Shown piece after piece: positions 1 through 13,609 of a stretch of DNA of 64,000 nt. The position numbers were made by a program, and so were the translations under genes. Origin of the DNA: Mobula hypostoma. Lineage: Eukaryota. The stretch lies in contig NC_086097.1 in the NCBI RefSeq assembly GCF_963921235.1, positions 103,976,001 to 104,040,000 of the forward strand, given 5' to 3'. A model generated the notes under the pieces. That model ran no database searches. It had not been told where the DNA came from and saw only the letters and a list, made by a program, of their open reading frames with translations. Positions within the stretch are counted from its first letter, which is position 1. Every line of letters begins with the position of its first letter.

Positions 1-303
1 TAACTTTTTTTGTTGCAGGGGAGCTGGAAGAAGCACTGATCGATTGCTACGTTAATCATGTGTGCAAGCGTGACTTTTGCTGCGACCCGTAAAATGGAGG
101 GGGGTAGTGTTGTGTATCTTTTCATTCACAACATTAGTGGGGGGGTATTTTGTTTTTTCTTTTTTTTCTATCTTTTTTTTCTCTTTTTGCCTGGAAGGTT
201 GGGGGTGGGGGGGGAACACATAGCATCATGGTGAAGTTTAAAGAGATTCCCCAAGGAACTATGAGAGTTGAGAAGATAAGTAATGTTTTAGATTGGAGTA
301 ACT

Positions 304-1227
304 TTGTTAAGAATAATGACTAATTTATTGAATTTTTTGAGTTTTAATGTTAATGGGCTTAATGGACCAGTGAAAAGAAAAAGAATCTTAACATATATTA
401 AAAAAATGAAGATAGATTTAGCTTTTTTACAGGAAACACACCTAACAGAAACAGAACATCAGAAACTAAAGAGAGATTGGGTGGGTAATGTTGTTGCGGC
501 CTCATTTAATTCAAAAGCGAGGGGAGTAGCAATTTTGATCAATAAAACGTTACCAATTAGAATACAAAATGTAATAACTGATTCTGTGGGGAGATATGTG
601 ATTATACATTGTCAACTTTTTTCCGAACTATGGACTTTTATGAATATTTATGCACCAAATGAAAATGATGCAAAATCCATACAAGAAACTTTTTTGAATT
701 TGGCGGATGCACATGAAAAAATATTAATTGGAGGAGACTTTAATTTTTGCTTAGACCCAGTCTTAGATAGATCAACCAAGGCTGTTATAAAATCGAAGGT
801 AGTAAATCTAACTTTATCATTGATGAAAGATTTAAATTTGATTGATATATGGAGAAGAATCAATCCTAAAGAAAGAGACTATTCGTTCTATTCCCATAGA
901 CATAAAACTTACACAAGGATAGATTTTTTTCTATTATCAATGCATATTCAACATAGAGTGAAAAATATGGAATATAAAGCAAGAATATTATCAGATCATT
1001 CTCCTTTATTAATGACAATAATAATGGCTGATAAGGAAGAAATGGCTGATAAGGAAGAAGTGGCTTATAGATGGAGATTTAATTCAACATTATTAAAACA
1101 TCAAGATTTTTGTGATTTTATGAAAAAGCAGATTCAATTTTTTTTGGATACAAATTTTCATTCAGTGGAGGATAAATTTATATTATGGGATGCGATGAAA
1201 GCATATCTTAGGGGACAGATAATAAGT
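304..1227 (+). pseudogene. L1-clade LINE ORF2, N-terminal APE endonuclease domain, 3'-truncated
   Basis: Motifs SFNVNGLN, LQETH, NIYAPN, GGDFN, RIDFFL, SDHSPL and WDAMKAYLRGQIIS are typical of L1 ORF2. Similarity stops at ~1227. An 18-bp duplication gives MADKEE x2. Confidence 0.9.
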
Positions 1228-1261
1228 TGGCTTCTTCCATTGAGCCAATGTCTAATCTAAT

Positions 1262-3310
1262 TTAGAACGTAGAACATAGAATAGTACAGCACAGTACAGG
1301 CCCGTTGACCCACAATGTTGTGCCAACCCTTAAGACCTGCTTCCCATATAACCCCCCACATTAAATTCCTCCATATACCTGTCTAGTAGTCTCTTAAATT
1401 TCACTAGCATATCTGCCTCCACCACTGACTCAGGCAGTGCATTCCACGCACCAACCACTCTGAGTAAAAAACCTTCCTCTAATATCCCCCTTGAACTTCC
1501 CACCCCTTACCTTAAAGCCATGTCCTCTTGTATTGAGCAGTGGTGCCCTGGGGAAGAGGCACTGGCTGTCCACTTTATCTATTCCTCTTAATATCTTGTA
1601 TACCTCTATCATGTCTCCTCTCATCCTGCTTCTCTCCAAAGAGTAAAGCCCTAGCTCTCTTAATCTTTGATCATAATGCATACTCTCTAAACCAGGCAGC
1701 TTCCTGGTAAATCTCCTCTATCTCCTTTCCAATGTTTCCACATCCTTCCTGTAGTGAGGCGACCAGAACTGGACACAGTACTCCAAGTGTGACCTAACCA
1801 GAGTTTCATTACCTCGCAACTCTTAAACTCTATCCCTCGACTTATGAAAGCTAACACCCCATAGGCTTTCTTAACTACCCTAGCTACCTGCAAGACAACT
1901 TTCAGGGATCTGTGGACATGTACCCCCAGATCCCTCTGCTCCTCCACACTACCAAGTATCCTGCCATTTACTTTGTACTCTGCCTTGGAGTTTGTCCTTC
2001 CAAAGTGTACCACCTCACACTTCTCCGGGTTGAACTCCATCTGCCACTTCTCAGCCCACTTCTGCATCCTATCAATGTCTCTCTGCAATCTTCAACAATC
2101 CTCCACACTATCTACAACAGCACCAACCTTTGTGTCATCTGCAAACTTGCCAACCCACCCTTCTACCCCCACATCCAGGTCGTTAATAAAAATGATGAAA
2201 AGTAGAGATCCCAGAACCAATCCTTGTGGGACACCACTAGTCACAATCCTCCAATCTGAATGTACTCCCTCCACCACGACCCTCTGCCTTCTGCAAGCAA
2301 GCCAATTCTGAATCCAGCTGGCCAAATTTCCCTGGATCCCATGCCTTCTGACTTTCTGAATAAGCCTACCATGTGGAACTTTGTCAAATGCCTTACTAAA
2401 ATCCATGTAGATCACATCCACTGCACTACCCTCATCTATATGCCTGGTCACCTCCTCAAAGAACTCTATCAGGCTTGTTAGACGTGATCTGCCCTTCACA
2501 AAGCCATGCTGACTGTCCCTGATCAGACCATGATTCTCTAAATGCTCGCAGAATCTTTTTCAACAGCTTTCCCACCACAGACGTAAGGCTCACTAGTCTA
2601 TAATTACCCAGACTATCCCTACCATCTTTTTTGAACAAGGGGACAAATATTTGCCTCCCTCCAATCCTCCGGTACGATTCCCGTGGACAATGAGGACATA
2701 AAGATCCTAGCCAGAGGCTCAGCAATCTCTTCCCTCTCCTTGTGGAGCAGCCTGGGGAATATTCCACCAGGCCCTGGGGACCTATCCATCCTAATGTATT
2801 TTAACAATGCCAACACCTCTTCTCCCTTAATATCAACATGCTCCAGAACATCAACCTCACTCATATTGTCCTCACCATCAAGTTCCCTCTCATTGGTGAA
2901 TACCGAAGAGGAGTATTCATTGAGGACCTCGCTCACTTCCACAGCCTCCAGGCACATCTTCCCACCTTTATCTCTAATCGATCCTACCTTCACTCCTGTC
3001 ATCCTTTTTTTCTTCACATAATCGAAGAATGCCTTGGGGTTTTCCTTTACCCTACTCGCCAAGACCTTCTCATGCCCCCTTCTTAAGCTCCTTTCTTGCT
3101 ACCCTATATTCCTCAATAGACCCATCTGATCCTTGCTTCCTAAACCCTCATGTATGCTGCCTTCTTCCACCTGACTAGATTTTCCACCTCACCTGTCACC
3201 CATGGTTCCTTCACCCTACCATTCTTTATCTTCCTCACCGGGACAAATTTATCCCTAACATCCTGCAAGAGATCCCTAAACATTGAACACATGTCCATAG
3301 TACATTTCCT
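1262..3310 (-). mobile_element. CR1 LINE, 5'-truncated, frameshifted ORF2 (RT) with 3' TTCTA-type tail
   Basis: Minus-strand ORF pieces carry [23 protein letters not shown] and LERSRMRGD. Tail repeat at 1262-1281. Confidence 0.92.
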
Positions 3311-5002
3311 TGCAACAAAGTTTGGAGAGGAGGATAGGGAATTATGTGGAAGACATCGGTTTCTACATTGTTGACTCTCCGCTCATACTCCTGAATCTTG
3401 TTTATGCTTGGCTGACCCAGCATAATCCATCTGTGCACTGGAGGGAGGGGAGAATCATTGCTTCGTCCAGTCATTGTAAGAGTTTGTTTGTGCCATGGTG
3501 CTCTGAGACCCAGATTCTCCCGTGATCAACGATCAATAACAAGGCTGCCTTCAGTGAGACCCTCTGGAGACCTAGTTCTGTCTTCAAGAGCGGACGGGCT
3601 GGTTCCGGCTAAGTGGACTGTGCAAGTCCTGACACTGTCGAGTCAGGGTTCCACAGGAACTAGAGAGAGGGAATCTCTAGTTCAGGAGAGGCCTGAGCAG
3701 TCTGGGGAACTTGCCGCTAAGTTTAAGGCTTCCTGCGGCCAGGTTTCAAGGAAAGGAGAGACTCCTGCATGCTGATCCTTGAAGCCTGTTCACGGGGGCA
3801 GAACCCTCTGTAATGCCTCGTTGCCGTTGCCTGAGGATACAGAGGGGGATTCAATTCTGATTTGACCACTGTTTATTTGGAATTTTGTGAGGGTAGGGAG
3901 AGGACTCATAGTTCTGTCGAATCACCCCTGTCACCTGTGGAGCCTCAGGAGTCATTCTCAAAGGAAGGTCCAGAGGAGATTGCAACACCGAGACAGGTCG
4001 AAATCCCTTCCATTTACAAGGGCCTGGAAGAGGTCTTCAGCAAGGGAGAGGCCTTGACTGTTCCAGCGCACTGACCCTACGACTGTGCTATAGACCTGCT
4101 GCCCAGTACTGTACCCCGCGGGGTCAATTGTACACGCTCTCAGGCCCAGAGAGAAGCACAATGGAGAACTATTTAAGAAAGCTTTTGCCATGGACTTCAT
4201 ACGGCCCTCCACCTCACTCTTCGTACAAAAGAAAGGTGGGAGCTTGCAGCCGTACATTGATTATAGGGGATCAAACCACATAACAGCCATGAACCACTCT
4301 CCCTTCCGCTCACGAATACAGCTTTTGAGATGCTCCAAGGAGCGAGGGTATTCACAAAACTTGACCTACGGAGTACATACAGTCTGGTCTGTATTAGGGA
4401 AGGTGATGAGTAGAAGCCTGCATTCAAATCACTGACAAGGCACTATGAATACCTAGCTCGGCCTTGCGAATGCTCCGGCCATTTCCCAGGCCTTTATAAA
4501 CAAAGTGCTCTGGCATACTGTCCATAAGTATGCCTCTGTCTGCCTGCATGATATCATAATCTTCCTGAAGTCCATGGAGGAGCACATCGCTCATATCAGG
4601 GACATTTTAAAGAGGCTTCTGAACCATGGACTTTATGCCAAGTCAGAGTTTCATGAGACAACTGTTTCATTTTTGGGTTTCGTCATCTCCTAAGGCAATC
4701 TCAAGATAGACCCTACCAAGACCTAGGCAGTTATAGACTGTCCACCACCATCCAGAATCAAACAAGTCGAGCGATTGCTGGGATTTGCTAACTTCTTTGT
4801 CTGGATAATTGAAGCGGAGTCTGCTTTTGTAGAGCTTAAGCAGTGGTTCACAACACCTCACATCTTGGTTTCCCCTAAACCGGATCTTCCCTTCATCATG
4901 GAAGTGGACGCCGCAGACATTGGTGTGGGTGCTGTCTTGTCCAATGACCACCTTCGGACGGTAAGCTGCACCCGTGTGCATTCTCATCTCAGCAGCTATC
5001 CT

Positions 5003-8000
5003 AGCTACAGGGAGGTAGTCATTCCTAGGCTACCGGGGTCAGAAAACTGGGTCACTGTCAAGAGAGGGAAGGGAAATGCCCGGATAGTGGAGAGCACCCC
5101 TGTGGCTGTCTCCCTCAGCAACAAATATCTTGTTCTGGATGCTGTTGAGGGGGATGACCTGTCAGGGGACACCCACGGTGACCGGGTCTCTGGCACTGAG
5201 CCTGGTGCTGTTGTGCAGGAGGGAAGGAGGGAGAAGAGAAATGCTGTAGTCGTGGGGGATTCCATAGTCAGGGGAATGGACAGGAGATTCTGTGAGCCTG
5301 ACAGAGATACCCACATGGTGTGTTGCCTCCCAGGTGCCAGAGTACGGATGTCTTGGATCGGGTCCAGAATATTCTGAAGGGGGAGGGTGAGCAGCCTGTT
5401 GTCTTGGTACATGTTGGTACCAATGACATAGATAGGACAAAGGAGGAGGTCCTGAAGAGAGATTTCCAGGAGTTAGGAAGGAAGCTGAGAAGCAGGACCT
5501 CCAGGGTAGTAATCTCGGGATTGCTACCTGTGCCACGTGCTAGCGAGGACAAGAGTAGTAGGATCAGGCAGATGAATGCGTGGCTGAGAGACTGGTGCAG
5601 GGGGCAGGGCTTCAGATTCTTGTATAATTGGGATCTCTTCTGGGGGAAGTATGACCTGTTCAGAAAGGACAGGTTACACCGGAACCCGAAGGGGACCAAT
5701 ATCCTGGCGGGAGAGTTCAATAGAGCTGTTAGGGAGGGTTTAAACTAGTTTGGCAGGGGGATGGGAACCTGAATGACAGAGCAGAGGAAGGGGAAAACAG
5801 AAATACATCTAAGATAGTGAGCAGTAAAGATGTCAGGAAAGACAGGCAGGTGATGGGGCAAATTTGTAGCCATTGGGATGAGTTGCAGTGCAATAAAGTT
5901 GCAGTGAAATCAAAGCGAAAAGTATCAAATACTGGTCTTAAGGTGTTGTACTTAAATGCACGCAGCATAAGGAATAAGGTGGATGATCTTGTCATACAGC
6001 TACAGATTGGCAGGTATGATATTGTGGCCATCACTGAGACCTGGCTAAAGGATGCATGTCTTTGGGAGCTGAACGTCCAAGGATACACGGTGTATCGGAA
6101 GGATAGGAAGGTAGGCAGAGGGGGAGGCGTGGCTTTATTGGTAAGAATTGATATTAAATCATTAGAAAGAGGTGATATAGGATCGGAAGGTGCAGAATCT
6201 TTATGGGTTGAGCTAAGAAATTGCAGGGGTAAAAGGACCCTGATGGCAGTTATTTATAGGCCTCCAACATGCGAGTGGATTGGGAAAATTAGGTCAGCAC
6301 TGGATCTCAAGACAGAGAATTTGTAGAATGTCTGCGAGATGGCTTTTTAGAACAGCTTGTTGTTGAGCCCACTAGGGGATCGGCTGTACTGGATTGGGTA
6401 TTGTGTAATGAACCAGAGGTGATTAGAGAGATTGAGGTGAAGGAACCCTTAGGAGGCAGTGATCATAACATGATTGAGTTCACTGTGAAATTAAAAAAAA
6501 TAGAAGCCGAAATCTGATCTGTCGGTATTTCAGTGGAGTAAAGGAAATTACAATGGCATGAGAGAGGAACTGGCCAAAGTTGACTGGAAAGGGACACTGG
6601 CGGGAAAGGCAGCAGAGCAGCAGTGGCTGGATTTATGCGAGAAGTGAGGAATGTGCAAGACAGGTATATTCCAAAAAAGAAGAAATTTTCGAGTGGAAAA
6701 AGGATGCAACTGTGGATGACAAGAGAAATCAAAGCCAAAGTTAAAGCAAAGGAGAGGGCATACAAGGAAGCAAAAATTAGTGGGAAGACAGAGGATTGGG
6801 AAGTTTTTAAGAGTTTACAAAAGGAAACTAAGAAGGTCATTAAGAGGGAAAAGATTAACTATGAAAGGAAGCTAGCAAATAATATCAAAGTGGATACTAA
6901 AAGCTTTTTCAAGTATATGAAGAGTAAAAGACAGGTGAGAGTAGATAAAGGACCGATAGAAAATGATGCTGGAGAAATTGTAATGGGAGATAAGGAGATG
7001 GTGGAGGAACTGAACGAGTATTTTGCATCAGTCTTCACTGAGGAAGACATCAGCAGTATACCGAACACTCAAGGGTGGCAGGGAAGAGAAGTGTGCACAG
7101 TCACAATTACGACAGAGAAAGTACTCAGGAAGCTGAATAGTCTAAAGGTAGATAAATCTCCTGGACCAGATGGAATGCACCCTCGTGTTCTGAAGGAAGT
7201 AGCTGTGGAGATTGTGGAGGCATTAGCGATTATCTTTCAAAAGTTGATAGATTCTGGCATGGTTCCGGAAGACTGGAAGATTGCAAATGTCACTCCGCTA
7301 TTTAAGAAGGGGGCAAGGAAGCAAAAAGGACATTTTAGACCTGTTAGCTTGACATCGGTGGTTGGGAAGTTGTTGGAGTCAATTGTCAAGGATGAGGTTA
7401 CAGAGTACCTGGAGGCATATGACAAGATGGGCAGAACTCAGCATGGATTCCTTAAAGGAAAATCCTGCCTGACAAACCTATTACAATTTTTTGAGGAAAT
7501 TACCAGTAGGGAGATGCAGTAGATGTTGTATATTTGGATTTTCAAAAGGCCTTTGACAAGGTGCCACACATGAGGCTGCTTAACAAGGTAAGAGCCCATG
7601 GAATTATGGGAAAGTTACATATGTGGATAGAGCGTTGCCTGATTGGCAGGAAACAGAGAGTGGGAATGAAGGGATCCTATTCTGGTTGGCTGCCGGTTAC
7701 CAGTGGTGTTCCACAGGGGTCCGTGTTGGGGCAGCTTCTTTTTACATTATACATCAATGATTTGGATTATGGAATAGATGGCTTTGTGGCTAAGTTTGCT
7801 GACGATACGAAGATAGGTGGAGGGGCCGGTAGTGCTGAGGAAATGGAGAGTCTGCAGAGAGACTTGGATAGATTGGAAGAATGGGCAGAGAAGTGGCAAA
7901 TGAAGCACAATGTTGGAAAGTGTATGGTTATGCACTTTGGCAGAAAAAATAAACCGGCAGACTATTATTTAAATGGGGAAAGAATTCAAAGTTCTGAGAT

Positions 8001-8726
8001 GCAACGGGACTTGGGAGTCCTCGTACAGGATACCCTTAAAGTTAACCTCCAGGTTGAGTCAGTAGTGAAGAAGGCGAATGCAATGTTGGCATTCATTTCT
8101 AGAGGAATAGAGTATAGGAGCAGGGATGTGATGTTGAGGCTCTATAAGGCACTGGTGAGACCTCACTTGGAGTACTGTGGGCAGTTTTGGTCTCTTTATT
8201 TAGGAAAGGATGTGCTGACGTTGGAGAGGGTACAGAGAAGATTCACTAGAATGATTCCGGGAATGAGAGGGTTAACATATGAGGAATGTTTGTCCGCTCT
8301 TGGACTGTATTCCTTGGAGTTTAGAAGAATGAGGGGAGACCTCATAGAAACATTTCGAATGTTGAAAGGCATGGACAGAGTGGATATGGCAAAGTTGTTT
8401 CCCATGATGGGGGAGTCTAGTATGAGAGGGCATGAGTTAAGGATTGAAGGGCACCCATTCAGAACAGAAATGCGAAGAAATTTTTCGAGTCAGAGGGTGG
8501 TGAATCTATGGAATTTGTTGCCACGGGCAGCAGCGGAGGCCAAGTCATTGGGTGTATTTAAGGCAGAGATTGATAGGTATCTGAGTAGCCAGGGCATCAA
8601 AGTTTATGGTGAGAAGGCGGGGAAGTGGGACTAAATGGGAGAATGAATCAGCTCATGATAAAATGGTGGAGCAGACTCAATGGGCCAAATGGCCGACCTG
8701 CTCCTTTGTCTTATGGTCTCATGGTC
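5003..8726 (+). mobile_element. CR1 LINE (partial ORF1 SGNH esterase plus disrupted ORF2 APE-RT) inserted in the Gypsy RNase H
   Basis: GDSIVRG and VHVGTND (esterase); YLNARSIRNK and ETW (APE); FADDTK (RT). 3' tail tcttatggtctcatgg. Gypsy RNase H resumes at ~8727. Confidence 0.92.
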
Positions 8727-9155
8727 AGAGAGAAACTTCAACATTAGGCATCAATAGCTTCGTGTGATAAGTTAGCCTTGGAGGAATGGTGTTACTGGCT
8801 AGAAGAGACCAAGAGCCTTTTTATCATTTGGACAGACCATAAGAACCTGGTTTATATTCAAAAGGTGAGAGGCTGAATTCCAGGCAGGCCAGGTGGGCTT
8901 TGTTCTTTAACTGTTTTGAACTCATCCTGACCTACTGACGGGGTCAAAAAACCAAAAGTCAGGTGCTCTGTCCCTTCAGTTTGATGAGAGGAGCAGCCTT
9001 CCACCATTTTGCCCCAGTCCAGGGTGATAACACCAACCCATTGGGGTATTGACGCTCTTGTTCACAATGCCCAAACACAAGGGGAGATTCCTGGGAACAG
9101 CCCTCCGGTGAGGCTGTTTGACCCAAGTTCCGTCTGGTCTCAGGTACTCTAATGG

Positions 9156-12093
9156 TGTCACAAGGGGGGCGTTGGTGGCGGACCCAAATGCAAGACACAG
9201 ACAGTGAAGTACTAGGAGCAGGACTAGGTGTGTCAAGCAAACAAGGGAACTGGGGAAGAAACAACGCTGGACAAGACACAGGCCCTGGACGATGCTAGGA
9301 TACAGGGCCTGGACGAGGAACTAGGAACTTGGAACCCGGACAAGGACTCTGAGCTAGAGACCCAGAACCTGGGGCTTGACTTGGGCTCGGACCCCAGATC
9401 TAGACGAGGACAAGACATGGCTACAGGACGAGGAGTGGCAACAGGACTGGACGTGAGACTCCTGGACAGGACGGGGGAACCCCAGCACCGGGCTGGGTGA
9501 GGCACATGGATAGGACAAGAACACGATGTTTTGACTTGGTTGAGGGAGGACAGGAACGCAGAGCCTTGGTCGAGGGAGAACAGGGATGCAGAGCCTTGGT
9601 GGAGGGAGAACAGGAACATGGAACACAGATCCGGGACCCCACTTTGGGAACAGGACTTGGGGCTGGAGCTCTACACAGAGTCAGGCCCCTCCTAGGGTGC
9701 TGGGACTCATACACAGTATACAGAGACAGATCTCTACTTAAGGCAGCGGCAAACGTCTGGACCTACCCAGCAGAGGCAAGGGCACCAAGAGACGGTTCCC
9801 AACACAAGGTAGCAGCAAATGGACAGACCTACCTAGCGAAGGCGTGGACACAGAGACAGTTCCTAACTCAAGGTAGAGGCAAACGGCTGGACCTACCTAG
9901 CGAAGGCATGGACACAGAGACAGTTCCCAACTTAAGGTAGTGACAAATGGCCAGACCTACCTAGCGAAGGCGAGGACACAAAGAGACAGTTCCAAACAAC
10001 GATATACAGATCCTTATCTAGACACAGCAAGGCACCTGTCTTGCTCCGGTGGTAGAACTTGACAGCGATACAGATGAGGACACAGGCAAGGTTGTAGGCA
10101 AAGGCTTCAGGTGGAGGTTGCAGGCAAGGCTTCAGGCGGAAGTGTGCAGTTTTGGTCTCCAAATCTGAGGAAGGATATTCTTGCTATTGAGGGAGTACAG
10201 CGTAGGTTCACAAGGTTAATTCCCGGGATGGCAGGACTGTCATATGTTGAAAGATTGGAGCGACTGGGCTTGTATACTCTGGAATTTAGAAGGATGAGAG
10301 GGGATCTGATTGAAACATATAAGATTATTAAGGGATTGGACACGCTGGAGGCAGGAAGCATGTTCCCGCTGATGGGTGAGTCCAGAACCAGAGGCCACAG
10401 TTTAAGAATAAGGGGTAGGCCATTTAGAATGGAGTTGAGGAAAAACTTTCACCTAGAGAGTGGTGGATATGTGGAATGCTCTGCCCCAGAAGGCAGTGGA
10501 GGCCAAGTCTCTGGATGCTTTCAAGAAAGAGATGGATGGAGCTCTTAAAGATAGCGGAATCAAAGGTTATGGGGATAAGACAGGAACTGGATACTGATTG
10601 TGAATGATCAGCCATGATCACAGTGAATGGTGGTCCTGGCTCAAAGGGCTGAATGGCCTACTCCTGCACCTATTGTCTATTGAAGGGGACATAGGGGGAA
10701 CAGTCCAGCAACTGAAGCTGAACCTAGGAGCTATTTATGTAGCCGGCCCAAAATCAGAATCATGTGCCTCAATTAAGGCACACAACAGGACAAGGGAAAA
10801 CTGGAAAATCTGGAAATCAGATCGATGGACTGGACCATGAACTGGAATGCTGACTTCACGGACCGGACCAGACCATGATAGTATCTTCCCCATACGCCCC
10901 CCCCCCCCGTCCCGTGGGAGGCTCCTGGCAACCAAACAGGCTCTCCAGGACAAAGGACAACGCGGGTGGGTGGCGGGGCATTCAACAGGAGCCCAGGATG
11001 GCAAGAGTAAGACGACAGTGTCTGTGTTGCTGGGTCTATATTTGACTGGACTGTTCTGTCATAAGGGGGGAATTGGTGACAGACCCAAATGCAAGACACA
11101 GACAGTGAAGTACTAGGAATAGGACTAGGTGTGTCAAGCAAGTGGGGAAGAAATGACTCTGGACAAGACACAGGCCCTGGACGGGGCTAGGATACAGGGC
11201 CTGGGATAGGACTAGACTAGGAAAGTGGGACCTGAACGAGGAACTGGGAACTTGGAAACTGGACAAGGACTCTGAGCCAGAGACTGGACCGGGACCCGGA
11301 ACCTGGGTCTTGACTTGGGCTCGGACTCCAGATCTAGGCGAGGACAAGATGTGGCTACAAGACGAGGAGTGGCAACAGGACTGGATGTGAGATTCCTGGA
11401 CAGGATGAGACAACCTCAGCACCGGACCAGGTGAGGCACATGGACAGGACAAGAACACGAAGCCTTGACTTGGTCGAGGGAGAACAGGAGCATGGAATAC
11501 CAAGCCAGGACCCCTCCTTGGGAAAAGGTCTTGAGGCTGGGGCTCACCTCTGAGTCAGGATCCCTCCTAGGGAGCAGGATGTAGGGCCAGGACTCATACA
11601 CAGAATGCTGAGAGACAGATCTCCACTTAAGGTAGTGGCAAACAGCCGGACCTACCCAGCGAAGGCGAGGGCACCAAGAGATGGTTCACAACACAAAGTA
11701 GCGGCAAACGGCCAGACCTACCTAGCGAAGGTGAGGACACAAAGAGATAGTTGCAAACAACGATAGACAGTTCCTTATCTAGACACAGCAAGGCTCTGGT
11801 CTTGCTCCGGTGGTAGAACTTGACAGCGATACAGGTGAGGACGCGGACAAGGTTGCAGGCAAAGGCTTCAGGTGAGGGTTGCAGGCGAGGCTTCAGAAGG
11901 AAGGGGAAGTGGAGGGAACAGTCCAGCAACTGAAGCTGAACCCAGGAGCTATTTATGTAGCCAGCCCAAAATCAGAATCATGCGCCTCAATTAAGGCACA
12001 CAAGAGGACAAGGGAAAACTGGAAAACCTAGAATATGGATTGATGGACCAGACCATGAACCGGAATGCGGACCTCACGGACCGGACCATGACA
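9156..12093 (-). mobile_element. Non-autonomous two-LTR retroelement (LTRs 9156-10880 and 11057-12093; 176-bp internal region)
   Basis: TGTCA...TGACA termini. TSD AATGG at 9151-9155 and 12094-12098. Two similar ~1.0-1.2 kb direct repeats. G-rich PPT next to the 9156-10880 LTR on the minus strand. Confidence 0.88.
10143..10681 (+). mobile_element. CR1 3' fragment inserted in one LTR
   Basis: VQFWSP...LEFRRMRGDLIETYK. Flanked by GAAG at 10139-10142 and 10682-10685. Absent from the partner LTR. Confidence 0.88.
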
Positions 12094-13609
12094 AATGGGG
12101 ACATTCATCAAGAATGACTGTACCCAGGGATTGCAAATTTATCAAGAGGAGGTATTGGTGGCCCAGAATGATGGAAGAGGTTAGGCAGAACGTGCAGACA
12201 GGTGAGGTGTGCACCCAGAACAAGGAACCCTGTACCCACCTCAAGGGCTCCTCCGCTCCCTACTTGTTCCAAAAAGACCGTGGGTACACGTGTCCATGGA
12301 CTTTGTCACAGGTCTCTCACCATCCAAGGAGAAGTTGGTCATCATGGTAATTGTCGATCGAGTTTTGAAAGCCTACAAGTTCATTGCCTTGGAGAAGCAG
12401 CCAAGACAGCTGAGATCATCCTGGACCAGGTCTTTAGCATCTACGGATCCCTGGTGGACATTGTCTTGGATTGCGGTCCACAATTTACATCACATTTCTG
12501 GAGGGCATTCTGTAAACTGATTGGGGCAACACCCACAGTCCAATGGCCAGACAGAGCGGACCAAGCAGAATTTAGAATGTACCCTGAGATGCCTGGCCTT
12601 GGAAAGATCTGATGAGTGGTGTGGCCATTTGATGTGGGCAGAGGTCACCCACAATACCTTGCAGCATCCAGCGAATGGGATGTCACCGCTCAAGTGCCAG
12701 TTTGGTTATCCTCCGCCTCTCTTTCTGGAACAAGAGGCCAAGGTTGGCATCCCTGTGGCCGAAGATTTCATCTAATGCTGCAATAAAAGATGGATTAGGG
12801 CAAGAGAGCTTTTGCTGGACTCTACCTGGAAAGCAAAGACCAAGGCAAACCAAAAGAGAAGCCTGGGATCTACTTTACAGCTTGGGTGACAGGTCTGGCT
12901 GTACACTCATGATTTGCCCCTCCGAGTGAAATCCAAGTTGGCACCCAAGTTCATTGGACTCCTTAAAATCCTGAGGAAAGTAAACCTCGTGGCTTACAAC
13001 ATTAAGGTCCCCAAGACCCTAAAGATCAATCCTACCTTCCACATTGCTAAATTAAAACCTGTCTGCACCAGCCCCTTAGCCCCACCACCATCAGCACCGC
13101 CGCTATCCAGGTTTATTGAGGGGGAATGTCTTCATGGTGAAAAGACTTTTGGACTCGCATACTGTTCGAGGTGTTCAGCAATACCTGGTGGACTGGGGAG
13201 GATTCAGACTCGAGGAGAGGTGCTGGGTGCCCAAAAGAGACGTTTTGGATCCAGCTCTCATCCGCGATTACCATTACCCCCTCTCCTAGAGCCAGGGCAG
13301 TCAGGAGTTGGCTGTAAGGGAGGGGGTTCATTTACAAGACGCACCCAACCATACAAACTTCCCAGATTTAGACGCTGAAACTCCCCGGAGTTCGGATAAC
13401 TAACATGATCCCTTTAAAGGTTCAGTATGGTCCCACTAATTGGTAGTCGTGTTTTGAGCGCCAAGAATTGAGTATTTAAGGAACACCTGAACTCAATCAT
13501 AAGTCAACTCATGATATCATCTTGTGTTTGTTTTAGCTCAGATCCAGTGTAATACCATGTCTCGAACCTTGCTTTGGATATCTCAGTATTTGGGTCTAAT
13601 TCATCCTCG

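Noticed and set aside
4775..5377. 200-aa ORF joining RNase H to an esterase
   Set aside because: Read-through across the Gypsy/CR1 insertion junction.
9228..11929. Many 60-155 aa ORFs in the LTRs
   Set aside because: Incidental frames in repetitive LTR sequence, not conserved between the two LTRs.
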